The notes under the pieces are model-generated. The model was not told where the DNA came from. It saw nothing but the letters and a program-made list of their open reading frames with translations, and ran no database searches. This document shows, one piece after another, positions 19,454 to 27,088 of a DNA stretch of 61,654 bases. The position numbers were made by a program, and so were the translations under genes. Origin of the DNA: Bacteroidia bacterium (GTDB taxonomy: Bacteria > Bacteroidota > Bacteroidia > 2-12-FULL-35-15); contig JBKJQG010000306.1 in assembly GCA_046594925.1 (NCBI GenBank), forward strand, positions 1 to 61,654, in the 5' to 3' direction. Within the stretch, counting starts at the first letter, position 1. Each line of letters opens with the position of its first letter.

Positions 19454-19522
19454 ATGTATGATGGAAGATGGAAAATGTAAGGTATTGCCCCCATTTTCCA
19501 TCTTCCCTCTTACATTATACAT
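19454..19522. repeat. GGAAGATG-word hairpin
   Basis: Perfect 15-bp stem: 19463-19477 ggaagatggaaaatg pairs with 19492-19506 cattttccatcttcc. 14-nt loop and imperfect extensions. Lies 12-80 nt upstream of the tgt ATG. Confidence 0.8.
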
Positions 19523-19692
19523 GCTTTGTTAATTACTTTGTTTAAATCCTTGCAAAGATAAGAGAATACCAGAGAACAATACATCTATTTTTGCGGGTAA
19601 GCGGGTACGTTCTGAGTGAAATCTACTAGCAACCACCGATTAGCTCGTTGGCATAAAATATTAAATTAGTGTACTCGTGAATCGCAAGGGCG

Positions 19693-19732
19693 ATTTCGTA
19701 AAATTCGTTTTTATTCGTTATTCGTTATTCGT
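19693..19732 (+). repeat. ATTCGT word run abutting a start codon
   Basis: atttcgtaaaattcgtttttattcgttattcgttattcgt, then aagATG (19736). Related aattcgaaattcgtaaaATG lies before the ATG at 1252. Confidence 0.6.
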
Positions 19733-19735
19733 AAG

Positions 19736-20869
19736 ATGGATTGGTCAGTATTTAAAGTGTATTCATTTGGTTTGCTAGCATTCGGCATCTTTGCTTTTGC
19801 TCTGCTTGTGCAATTGTGGTATTATTTGGGGTTTTTCAGCCGTCTGGCCTTCCACAAGAAAGCAGCACTTCCTGTAAATACACCTCCTGCATCCATTGTG
19901 ATTTGCGCTAGGAACGAAGACGATAACCTCGCAGAATTCCTTCCCCTCGTTTTTGCACAGGACTATCCTCAGTTCGAAGTGGTGGTGGTGAACGATTGTT
20001 CTTGGGACAATACCTCTGATTTTTTGAAAGAATTCGCTACGAAACATTCCAACCTGAAAATCGTTACGATCAAGGAAGATGATACTTATTCCCACGGTAA
20101 GAAAGTTGCCCTGATGATGGGTATAAAAGGAGCTAGCAATGAACACATGCTATTGACCGATGCCGATTGCAAACCCAATAACAAGGATTGGCTGAAGAAC
20201 ATGATGCAGCATTTTACCGATGAGACCGAGATTGTGTTGGGCTATGGCGGTTATGAGAAACAAAAAGGCTTTCTGAACAAAATCATCCGTTACGATACCT
20301 TCCTGATTGCTGTGCAGTTCCTTTCTTTTGCTTTGGCCGGAAAGACCTATATGGGAACAGGTCGAAATCTGGCGTATAAAAAATCACTTTTTTTTAAAAT
20401 GAAGGGTTTTGCATCTCATTACCACATTGAGTCGGGCGACGATGACCTTTTTGTGAACGAAGCAGCTACAAAACGCAATTCCAAAATAGAAGTAAGTTTA
20501 GAGAGCCATACCATTTCCAAAGTAAAAAAAACCTTCAAGGCTTGGTTTCGTCAGAAACGCAGACATGTGACCACCTTTAAATTTTACAACGGAGCCAGCA
20601 AATTCCGCTTACTAATGATCAGTGTCAGCCAGTATTTATTCTTCATATCCTTTACAGCGGCCCTCGTACTTCAGTTTCAGCCCGTCGTGGTATTATCAGT
20701 TTTTGCTTTGCGGGTATTGATACAAATGATTATCTTTAACAAATCGATGAAGCAATTGGGGGAGAAGGATCTGTTGTTGGTGGCGCCGCTCATTGAAGTT
20801 CTTTTGCTGTTCATATACCCGATCATCACCGTGTCGAATGTGTTCATAAAAAAAAATAAGTGGAAATAA
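19736..20869 (+). CDS. family 2 glycosyltransferase, membrane-anchored
   Basis: 377 aa; SIVICARNE...VVVVNDCSWDNT, LTDADC (DxD); TM helices at both ends. Confidence 0.8.
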   Translation: MDWSVFKVYSFGLLAFGIFAFALLVQLWYYLGFFSRLAFHKKAALPVNTPPASIVICARNEDDNLAEFLPLVFAQDYPQFEVVVVNDCSWDNTSDFLKEFATKHSNLKIVTIKEDDTYSHGKKVALMMGIKGASNEHMLLTDADCKPNNKDWLKNMMQHFTDETEIVLGYGGYEKQKGFLNKIIRYDTFLIAVQFLSFALAGKTYMGTGRNLAYKKSLFFKMKGFASHYHIESGDDDLFVNEAATKRNSKIEVSLESHTISKVKKTFKAWFRQKRRHVTTFKFYNGASKFRLLMISVSQYLFFISFTAALVLQFQPVVVLSVFALRVLIQMIIFNKSMKQLGEKDLLLVAPLIEVLLLFIYPIITVSNVFIKKNKWK

Positions 20870-20896
20870 AAAATTAAAAATAAGTTTTGATTATTT

Positions 20897-21514
20897 ATGG
20901 ATGAATTAGAATTTGACCCGAATCTTTCAGTAAAGGCAGTACACGACTATCATTTGATCCGTGCTGCTTTGGATAAAGGCGATCAAAAAGCGTATGCCGA
21001 ATTAATGGGGCGTTATCGCGATTCTGTCTATTTCATGCTGTTGAAGATGGTCAACAACAAAGACGATGCAGATGATCTTACGATCGAAGCATTCGGTAAA
21101 GCTTTCAAGCGCTTAAGTCAGTATACCCCCAATTATGCTTTCAGCACCTGGTTGTTCAAGATCGCATCCAACAATTGCATCGATTTCATCCGCAGAAAAA
21201 AGATGACCACATTTTCCATCGACCGTACTTTTGAGAACGATGAAGGAGGGGAAATGAGCATGGACATCAAAGCAGAAGGTCTGAACCCTGAAGAAAACAT
21301 GGTGAAGAAGCAAAAGGTGAAGCACATGCACGAAGTGGTAGAGAAACTCAAACCGCGTTACCGTATCTTAGTGGAAATGCGCTATTTCGAAGAATTATCA
21401 TACGAAGAGATCGCTGAGAAATTGGATCTTCCTTTGGGAACTGTAAAAGCACAATTGTTCCGTGCCCGCGAGTTTCTTGCTAACATCCTTAAGAACAGTG
21501 AAGGGAAGATATAG
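20897..21514 (+). CDS. sigma-70 family RNA polymerase sigma factor (ECF-like)
   Basis: 205 aa. Region 2 is DDLTIEAFGKAF...FSTWLFKIASNNCIDFIRRKK. Region 4 is YFEELSYEEIAEKLDLPLGTVKAQLFRARE. Confidence 0.85.
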   Translation: MDELEFDPNLSVKAVHDYHLIRAALDKGDQKAYAELMGRYRDSVYFMLLKMVNNKDDADDLTIEAFGKAFKRLSQYTPNYAFSTWLFKIASNNCIDFIRRKKMTTFSIDRTFENDEGGEMSMDIKAEGLNPEENMVKKQKVKHMHEVVEKLKPRYRILVEMRYFEELSYEEIAEKLDLPLGTVKAQLFRAREFLANILKNSEGKI

Positions 21515-21522
21515 CTGGAAAT

Positions 21523-21679
21523 GTGATGAAGTGATTAGGTGATGGGGAGATGAAGTAGTTCAAATCCGCGGGGTATTCAATCACACATTTTTAAATTACA
21601 TTATCAGATGATAAAATATTCGCACTTATATTTAAACGTTTAACTACCCCATCACTTCATCACCCAATCACCTCATCAC
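21523..21679. repeat. inverted GTGATG/CATCAC word arms flanking an 85-nt core
   Basis: 21523-21558 matches the reverse complement of 21644-21679 at 28/36 positions. It fills the whole sigma-rsmG spacer. Confidence 0.75.
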
Positions 21680-22303
21680 TTGCGAGACATCATCCTAAAA
21701 TATTTTCCCGACCTCACTCCAACTCAAAAAGACCAGTTTGCTCAATTGCAAAGCCTTTACGAGGAGTGGAATGCTCAGATCAATGTGATCTCGCGCAAGG
21801 ACATCGACTTGCTTTACGAACGCCATATTTTGCATTCTCTCGGCATCGCTAAAGTGATGCAGTTCAAACCAAAGACCAATGTGATGGATGTAGGCTGCGG
21901 TGGCGGTTTTCCCGGAATTCCGCTTGCTATAATGTTTCCGCAGAGCAATTTTTATCTGGTGGATTCCATAGGAAAAAAAATAAAAGTGGTGAATGAGGTG
22001 GCTTCGGCACTTGGACTGAAGAACGTGAGAGCAGAACACAAAAGGGCTGAAGAAGTAAAAGAGAAATTTGAATTCATTGTCAGCCGGGCGGTAACCGAGT
22101 TTCCGACTTTCTACCGTTGGGTGCAGAATAAAGTCAGCAAGAATCAGTTCAACAACCTTCCCAACGGAATCCTTTATTTAAAGGGCGGTGACCTGAAAGA
22201 GGAAATGAAGGATTTTGAAAAACGAATAACTTACTACAACCTTCACTATTATTTTAAAGAAGAGTTTTTCGAGACCAAAAAAGTGGTCTACCTGGGAATG
22301 TAA
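21680..22303 (+). CDS. rsmG: 16S rRNA (guanine527-N7)-methyltransferase
   Basis: 207 aa; TTG start giving M-RDIILKYFPDLT (typical RsmG N-terminus); SAM motif DVGCGGGFPGIPLAI. Confidence 0.85.
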   Translation: MRDIILKYFPDLTPTQKDQFAQLQSLYEEWNAQINVISRKDIDLLYERHILHSLGIAKVMQFKPKTNVMDVGCGGGFPGIPLAIMFPQSNFYLVDSIGKKIKVVNEVASALGLKNVRAEHKRAEEVKEKFEFIVSRAVTEFPTFYRWVQNKVSKNQFNNLPNGILYLKGGDLKEEMKDFEKRITYYNLHYYFKEEFFETKKVVYLGM

Positions 22304-22307
22304 AATT

Positions 22308-22350
22308 GGTGACTAAGCGACTAGGTAACTGGGTGACGGGTGACTGGGTC
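22308..22350 (-). repeat. 8-nt-periodic GGTGAC-type array (reverse orientation of the CATCACC family)
   Basis: ggtgacta agcgacta ggtaactg ggtgacgg gtgactgg. Starts 5 nt after the rsmG stop codon. Confidence 0.65.
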
Positions 22351-22414
22351 GTTCAGCCACCGCCCGATGGGCAGAAGCTTTTGACTTTTGAATTCCTTTC
22401 TTTTGACTTCCTTT

Positions 22415-24682
22415 TTAGATCCTGATGCCCAAAACGCTAACGTCATCCACCTGCTCTAATTCTCCGATCCAGTTTGTGAACGCTTCTTCTAAATGAGCAT
22501 GCTGAGTTTCCATGGAAGCGGATGCATTGTCGAGCAAGATGGCTGCCATTTGATTGTATTTGAATTTTTTTCCGAGCGGACCGCCAAACTGATCTGCATA
22601 TCCGTCTGTGAACAAATAAACCAAGTCGCCTGCTTCCAGGTGAATGGTGTGAGTGATGAATGGTCTCCGGTTTTCATTGTAGCCGACATGTTGTTTGACC
22701 GCTTTGATCTCATAAAGAAAATAGTCGCCACTTTCTCTGACCATTTTCAGCGGTTCATTGTCTACCGTCCGGATCGCTTTCCTCTTGCTGATGATCCACA
22801 GCGGATTGTTGGCTCCGGAATAACTCATTAAATTCTTTGTCTTGTTGATAGCACAAAATGCAACGTCCATCCCATCCCTTATACTTCCTTCTTTCTGGTG
22901 GGAACGCAGCAACGTATAAAACTCCTTGCTCACAAAATCCAATCCTGCTCCGGGTTCGTTGATGGATTTTTCTTTTAAGGATTGTTTCAGGAAATTATAA
23001 CCTATGATGCTCATGAATGCTCCCGGAACGCCATGGCCTGTGCAATCTGCCATCGCTACTGCTAACCATTCGTTCCCGTCGGATGCTTCTATCGGTTCAA
23101 TGAAATAAAAATCTCCGCTCACAATATCCTTTGGTTTGTAAAGGATAAAAGAATCCGGGAGCAATTTTTTTACTTCTTCAATGGGTGTGAGGATGGCTTG
23201 CTGAATGCGTTTTGAGTAGTTGATGCTATCGAGGATATCTTTGTTCTTATGCTCGATCGTTTTTTTCTGCTCGCTGATCTCAATGTTGGCTTTTTGCTTC
23301 TGACGATAGTTTCTGAGTAAGAAGATAAACAAGATCAACAATATTCCAGATGCAATAAGAATAATGTTTTTGATCATCTTTTGTTTTTCAAATTCTGCCT
23401 TAGCAAGCTCCTTCTCCTGCATGTGAGCCTGCTCCTGTCTGGCCTTTTCATTGTTCAGTTCCTGCTTGGCAATCTCTATCTGTTGTGTGGATCCGTTGAT
23501 CTCTTTTTCTATCGCTATGTATTTTTTCAAGTAGAAGAACGCCTGATCGTTGTTGCCGGTTTTTTCGTGGATGAGGTAGAGGTTGTGGTATGCCGTTATC
23601 AAATCAGCCTTTCCGCCCAGTTCATGCGCCACCGATTCGGAAAGCTTTGCATACTTCAGCGCCAGGGGATAATTCTCCAGTTCAAAATAGCATTCAAAAA
23701 ATATATTGTAGCACAAGGCCAATCCTCCTTTACGGTTGATCTTTGTACTGATCTGTTCGGCTTCCGTTGCATAGTCTAGCGCTTTGTTGTAGTCTTTTTT
23801 CTTTTGATAGGGAATGGCAATGCAGGTTAATGCTATCGAATAGTGAAAGTCATCGTCGATCTTCCTGGCAAGGGCAAGTGCCTGATCGTATAACACAATT
23901 GCAGAGTCAAGCTGGAAACTTGCTGCGTAGATGTTTCCTTCATCAATAAAAATGCCGGCAAGCGAATAATCGTCCTTCAAAGCTATTGCATATCTTTTAG
24001 CTTTTTGCGTATAGATCATCGCATTCTTAAAGTCTTTCAGACTATAATACGCTATCCCTAAACCTTCAGAGGAATAAATGATGCTGGAGCTGTCGTTTGA
24101 TTTTTCAGCAATCCGCAATGCTTTGTAGTTGTGGTCGATGGCCTTGGTGTAATGGCCCTGCTGATTGTAGATCAGCGACATGTTGTAATATGTTTCGATG
24201 ATGGAAGTAGTGTCCTTCAGCTCAATCGACAACGCTAATTTCTGCCGGTAGTAATTATTCGCCGATTCATATTTTCCTTCATTGAAATTCATTGCACCCA
24301 ATAAATTGTAGTTCTTCGACATCAGGTGCTTGTCTTTTATTTTTCTCGCCTTGTTCAGTGATTTGAACTGGTAGAGTTTTGCATTTGGATAGTCATTGCT
24401 GTAATAATAGATTTTCGCCTCAAGGTATAAGGCATCGGCAACTTTTTGGTCGTCGATGATCTGCAATGCTTTTAATTCGGCTTTGTTCGCATACACCAGA
24501 GCGCTGTCTTTTTGAACTTCGATGTATGCATTCGAAATAGCCAAGTAACGGTTGATCCTTGCGGTGTCGGAAAGGCGAATGTCGGAAAGCTCTTTTTGCA
24601 ACTGAGCGATCTTTCCCTTGTTCTGGGAAAAAGTGCTCGCGCTGAAAAGCAAAAAAGAAAGGAGGAGGCAAAAGCGTTTCAT
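22415..24682 (-). CDS. TPR-repeat sensor protein with a TM helix and a PP2C/SpoIIE phosphatase domain
   Basis: 755 aa. Signal peptide ending TFS-Q, about 8 or more TPR-like units, a coiled coil, TM segment IILIASGILLILFIFLL, and a C-terminal PP2C pattern (SGDFY...MADCTGHGVPGA...TDGYADQ). Confidence 0.85.
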   Translation of the reverse strand: MKRFCLLLSFLLFSASTFSQNKGKIAQLQKELSDIRLSDTARINRYLAISNAYIEVQKDSALVYANKAELKALQIIDDQKVADALYLEAKIYYYSNDYPNAKLYQFKSLNKARKIKDKHLMSKNYNLLGAMNFNEGKYESANNYYRQKLALSIELKDTTSIIETYYNMSLIYNQQGHYTKAIDHNYKALRIAEKSNDSSSIIYSSEGLGIAYYSLKDFKNAMIYTQKAKRYAIALKDDYSLAGIFIDEGNIYAASFQLDSAIVLYDQALALARKIDDDFHYSIALTCIAIPYQKKKDYNKALDYATEAEQISTKINRKGGLALCYNIFFECYFELENYPLALKYAKLSESVAHELGGKADLITAYHNLYLIHEKTGNNDQAFFYLKKYIAIEKEINGSTQQIEIAKQELNNEKARQEQAHMQEKELAKAEFEKQKMIKNIILIASGILLILFIFLLRNYRQKQKANIEISEQKKTIEHKNKDILDSINYSKRIQQAILTPIEEVKKLLPDSFILYKPKDIVSGDFYFIEPIEASDGNEWLAVAMADCTGHGVPGAFMSIIGYNFLKQSLKEKSINEPGAGLDFVSKEFYTLLRSHQKEGSIRDGMDVAFCAINKTKNLMSYSGANNPLWIISKRKAIRTVDNEPLKMVRESGDYFLYEIKAVKQHVGYNENRRPFITHTIHLEAGDLVYLFTDGYADQFGGPLGKKFKYNQMAAILLDNASASMETQHAHLEEAFTNWIGELEQVDDVSVLGIRI

Positions 24683-24706
24683 ATCTCGACCTTAAAGATA
24701 TAGATT

Positions 24707-26500
24707 TTAAGCCAACTGCATTTGGAGGTTACTCAGACTTCGGTACATGCCATTTTCTAAGTGCATCAGCTCTTCATGCGTTCCGATCTCACGCACAGCA
24801 CCTTTGTCGATCACGACTATCTTATCCGCTTTACGGATGGTCGATAATCTATGGGCGATAACGAATGAAGTCCTTCCAACCATCAGTTTATCCAAAGCTT
24901 CCTGAACAACTCTCTCTGATTCGGAATCCAATGAGCTGGTAGCTTCATCTAAAATAAGAATGCTCGGATCTTTCAATACGGCTCTCGCAATAGCGATCCG
25001 CTGACGTTGTCCGCCCGATAGTTTAATTCCTCTTTCTCCAACCAATGTCTCGAACTTTTCCGGAAAGGTGTCAATGAACTCGATCGCGTTTGCCTTGCGT
25101 GCCGCTTCCGCGATTTCAGCAATGGTCGCATTCGGTTTTCCATAAGCTATATTTTCTTTGATGGTTCCACCAAAGAGTAATACATCTTGTGGAACGATGG
25201 CCATGTTGTTACGCAGCTCGGTTAAAGAATAACTCTTGGCATCTTTGTCGTCAATAAATAATGTTCCTTTTTCGGGATCATAAAAACGCAGCAACAGTCC
25301 AATCAAGGTAGACTTCCCGGAACCGCTTGGCCCCACGATTGCGATGGTTTCTCCCTTTTTAGCTGTCAGCGTGATGTTTTTCAAAACCTGGATCTCCTTA
25401 CGGGAAGGATAAGTGAATGCGACTTCATCGAAACGTACGTTTCCTTCCACGCGGGCGATATCTGTTTGCGCCGCAGCGATGTCGAGTGTCTCCGGGCTCT
25501 CATCTAAAAGTTCAAACACACGTTCTGTAGCGCCTACTGCTTTCTGGATCTGTGCATAAAGCTCAGCAATGCCGCCAAAAGAGATCCCCAAATACATGGA
25601 ATACAGAATGAATTTGATCAGGTCGCCGATGAAAAGCTGTCCTAAGGAAGCTAAATGAACCCCATACCAGATAACGGCTACGATGGCGCCAAACAAACAA
25701 AAGATAATGAAGGAAGCGAATGCCCCGCGGTATTTCCCGCCCTGGATGGCATTTTGGACAATGGTTTCTGTACTTTTTTTATAACGTTGGTTCTCAAAGA
25801 ATTCGTTTGCGAAAGCTTTTACATTGGTAATGCCTTGCAGCGTTTCCTGCACAATGGTATTGGATTCTGCGATCTTGTCCTGCACCATTCTGGAGGTTTT
25901 ACGGATAAAACGTCCAAAGATCACAGCAGCCACGGCCACAACGGGCACGATCGATAGCATGAGCAATGTCAGTTTTGGGGAAATAATGAGGAGAAATACG
26001 ATACCGCCCACGATCAGGAAGAATTGGCGTAAAAACTCAGCAATGGTAGTCGTTAATGTATCCTGGATCTGTGTAATATCTGCGGAAATTCGGCTGTTCA
26101 GGTCGCCCACACGCTGTTCCGCGAAAAAGGTCATCGGAAGCTGGATCAGATTGGAATAAACGGCCTGGCGGACAACTGCAAGGGTGTTTTCGGTATAATT
26201 CACGAAAAGGTAAACGCGGAAATAGGAGAAAAAGGATTGGAATGTCAGTACTACTATAAGGATGATCCCGATGTCGTTGATCACCTCATAATGCTTGGTC
26301 TCGATGCTTTTGATCAGATCGCCCAGGATCCAGGGGAAGATAAGGGCGGTAACGCTGGTCATGACAAGGAAAAATAGCCCCAGGTACATTTTCCACTTAT
26401 GCCCGTCCGCATATTTAAAGATGCGCATGGCTTTACTAAGAGTGGTGGTAGTTATCTTTGCTTTCGGTAGATCGTCCGTTTCTTTTACTTTTCTGGCCAT
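24707..26500 (-). CDS. MsbA-like ABC exporter (fused TMD-NBD)
   Basis: 597 aa. Six-helix TMD, then GPSGSGKST, LSGGQRQR, ILILDEATSSLD. Confidence 0.9.
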   Translation of the reverse strand: MARKVKETDDLPKAKITTTTLSKAMRIFKYADGHKWKMYLGLFFLVMTSVTALIFPWILGDLIKSIETKHYEVINDIGIILIVVLTFQSFFSYFRVYLFVNYTENTLAVVRQAVYSNLIQLPMTFFAEQRVGDLNSRISADITQIQDTLTTTIAEFLRQFFLIVGGIVFLLIISPKLTLLMLSIVPVVAVAAVIFGRFIRKTSRMVQDKIAESNTIVQETLQGITNVKAFANEFFENQRYKKSTETIVQNAIQGGKYRGAFASFIIFCLFGAIVAVIWYGVHLASLGQLFIGDLIKFILYSMYLGISFGGIAELYAQIQKAVGATERVFELLDESPETLDIAAAQTDIARVEGNVRFDEVAFTYPSRKEIQVLKNITLTAKKGETIAIVGPSGSGKSTLIGLLLRFYDPEKGTLFIDDKDAKSYSLTELRNNMAIVPQDVLLFGGTIKENIAYGKPNATIAEIAEAARKANAIEFIDTFPEKFETLVGERGIKLSGGQRQRIAIARAVLKDPSILILDEATSSLDSESERVVQEALDKLMVGRTSFVIAHRLSTIRKADKIVVIDKGAVREIGTHEELMHLENGMYRSLSNLQMQLA

Positions 26501-26652
26501 TTTTATTGAAAATTCTGCTGCAAATGTATCATTTTTTGGTGCCCTGCTTTCTAAATCCGATTATTTAACCCTTTATGAAGGACGAATAGAAGGGCGTTTT
26601 ACTCTAAAAAGATGTAAATTTGCCCGATAAAGGCATGAAAAGCAATTAAAAT

Positions 26653-26682
26653 TTTGCTGAAATAAAAAAACTGCTATCTTTG
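26653..26682 (+). promoter_or_regulatory. Bacteroidota sigma-A type promoter of rpmH (TTTG-N18-TATCTTTG)
   Basis: TTTG at 26653-26656 and TATCTTTG at 26675-26682, ending 61 nt upstream of the rpmH ATG. Confidence 0.55.
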
Positions 26683-26743
26683 CAGTCCGAATTTTAGAAC
26701 AGAACAATATTAATAGCTCAGAAGGGCATAACATAATCAAACA

Positions 26744-26905
26744 ATGAAAGCATTACGTACTTACCAGCCATCAGTTAAAAAGAGAAAGAACAAACACGGT
26801 TTCCGTGAGAGAATGGCATCAGCTAACGGCCGCAGAGTTCTTGCTTCCCGCAGAGCTAAAGGAAGAAAAAAATTAACCGTTTCTGACGAAAAAACACATA
26901 AATAA
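26744..26905 (+). CDS. rpmH: 50S ribosomal protein L34
   Basis: Hand-translated 53 aa: [53 protein letters not shown]. It falls below the ORF-track length cutoff. Confidence 0.9.
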   Translation: MKALRTYQPSVKKRKNKHGFRERMASANGRRVLASRRAKGRKKLTVSDEKTHK

Positions 26906-26907
26906 GG

Positions 26908-27082
26908 TCAATTTGAAAATGATTCAATTTGAAAATTTGAAAATTAAGTGCTTCTCCAACGAGAAGCATTTTTTTTTGCCCTAAACTGTTGAAAACCTAT
27001 TATAAAAATTCAATACAAAAAGACCTGAAAACAATAATTTCGTAATCATTTTCAAATTGAGCCATTTCCAAATTTTCAAATT
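26908..27082. repeat. inverted TTGAAAAT word arms around the rpmH terminator
   Basis: Perfect 17-bp inverted repeat: 26908-26924 tcaatttgaaaatgatt and 27044-27060 aatcattttcaaattga. Additional word copies lie at 26925-26945 and 27061-27082. Confidence 0.8.
26948..26977 (+). terminator. rho-independent terminator of rpmH
   Basis: GCTTCTC, loop CAAC, GAGAAGC, followed by A and T9. Confidence 0.8.
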
Positions 27083-27088
27083 AAATCT

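Noticed and set aside
21555-21575. tRNA T-loop-like string gTTCAAATCCgcgggg
   Set aside because: The flanking bases cannot form a T-stem (agtag versus ccgcg), and no acceptor or anticodon arms are present. It is part of the core of the GTGATG hairpin element.
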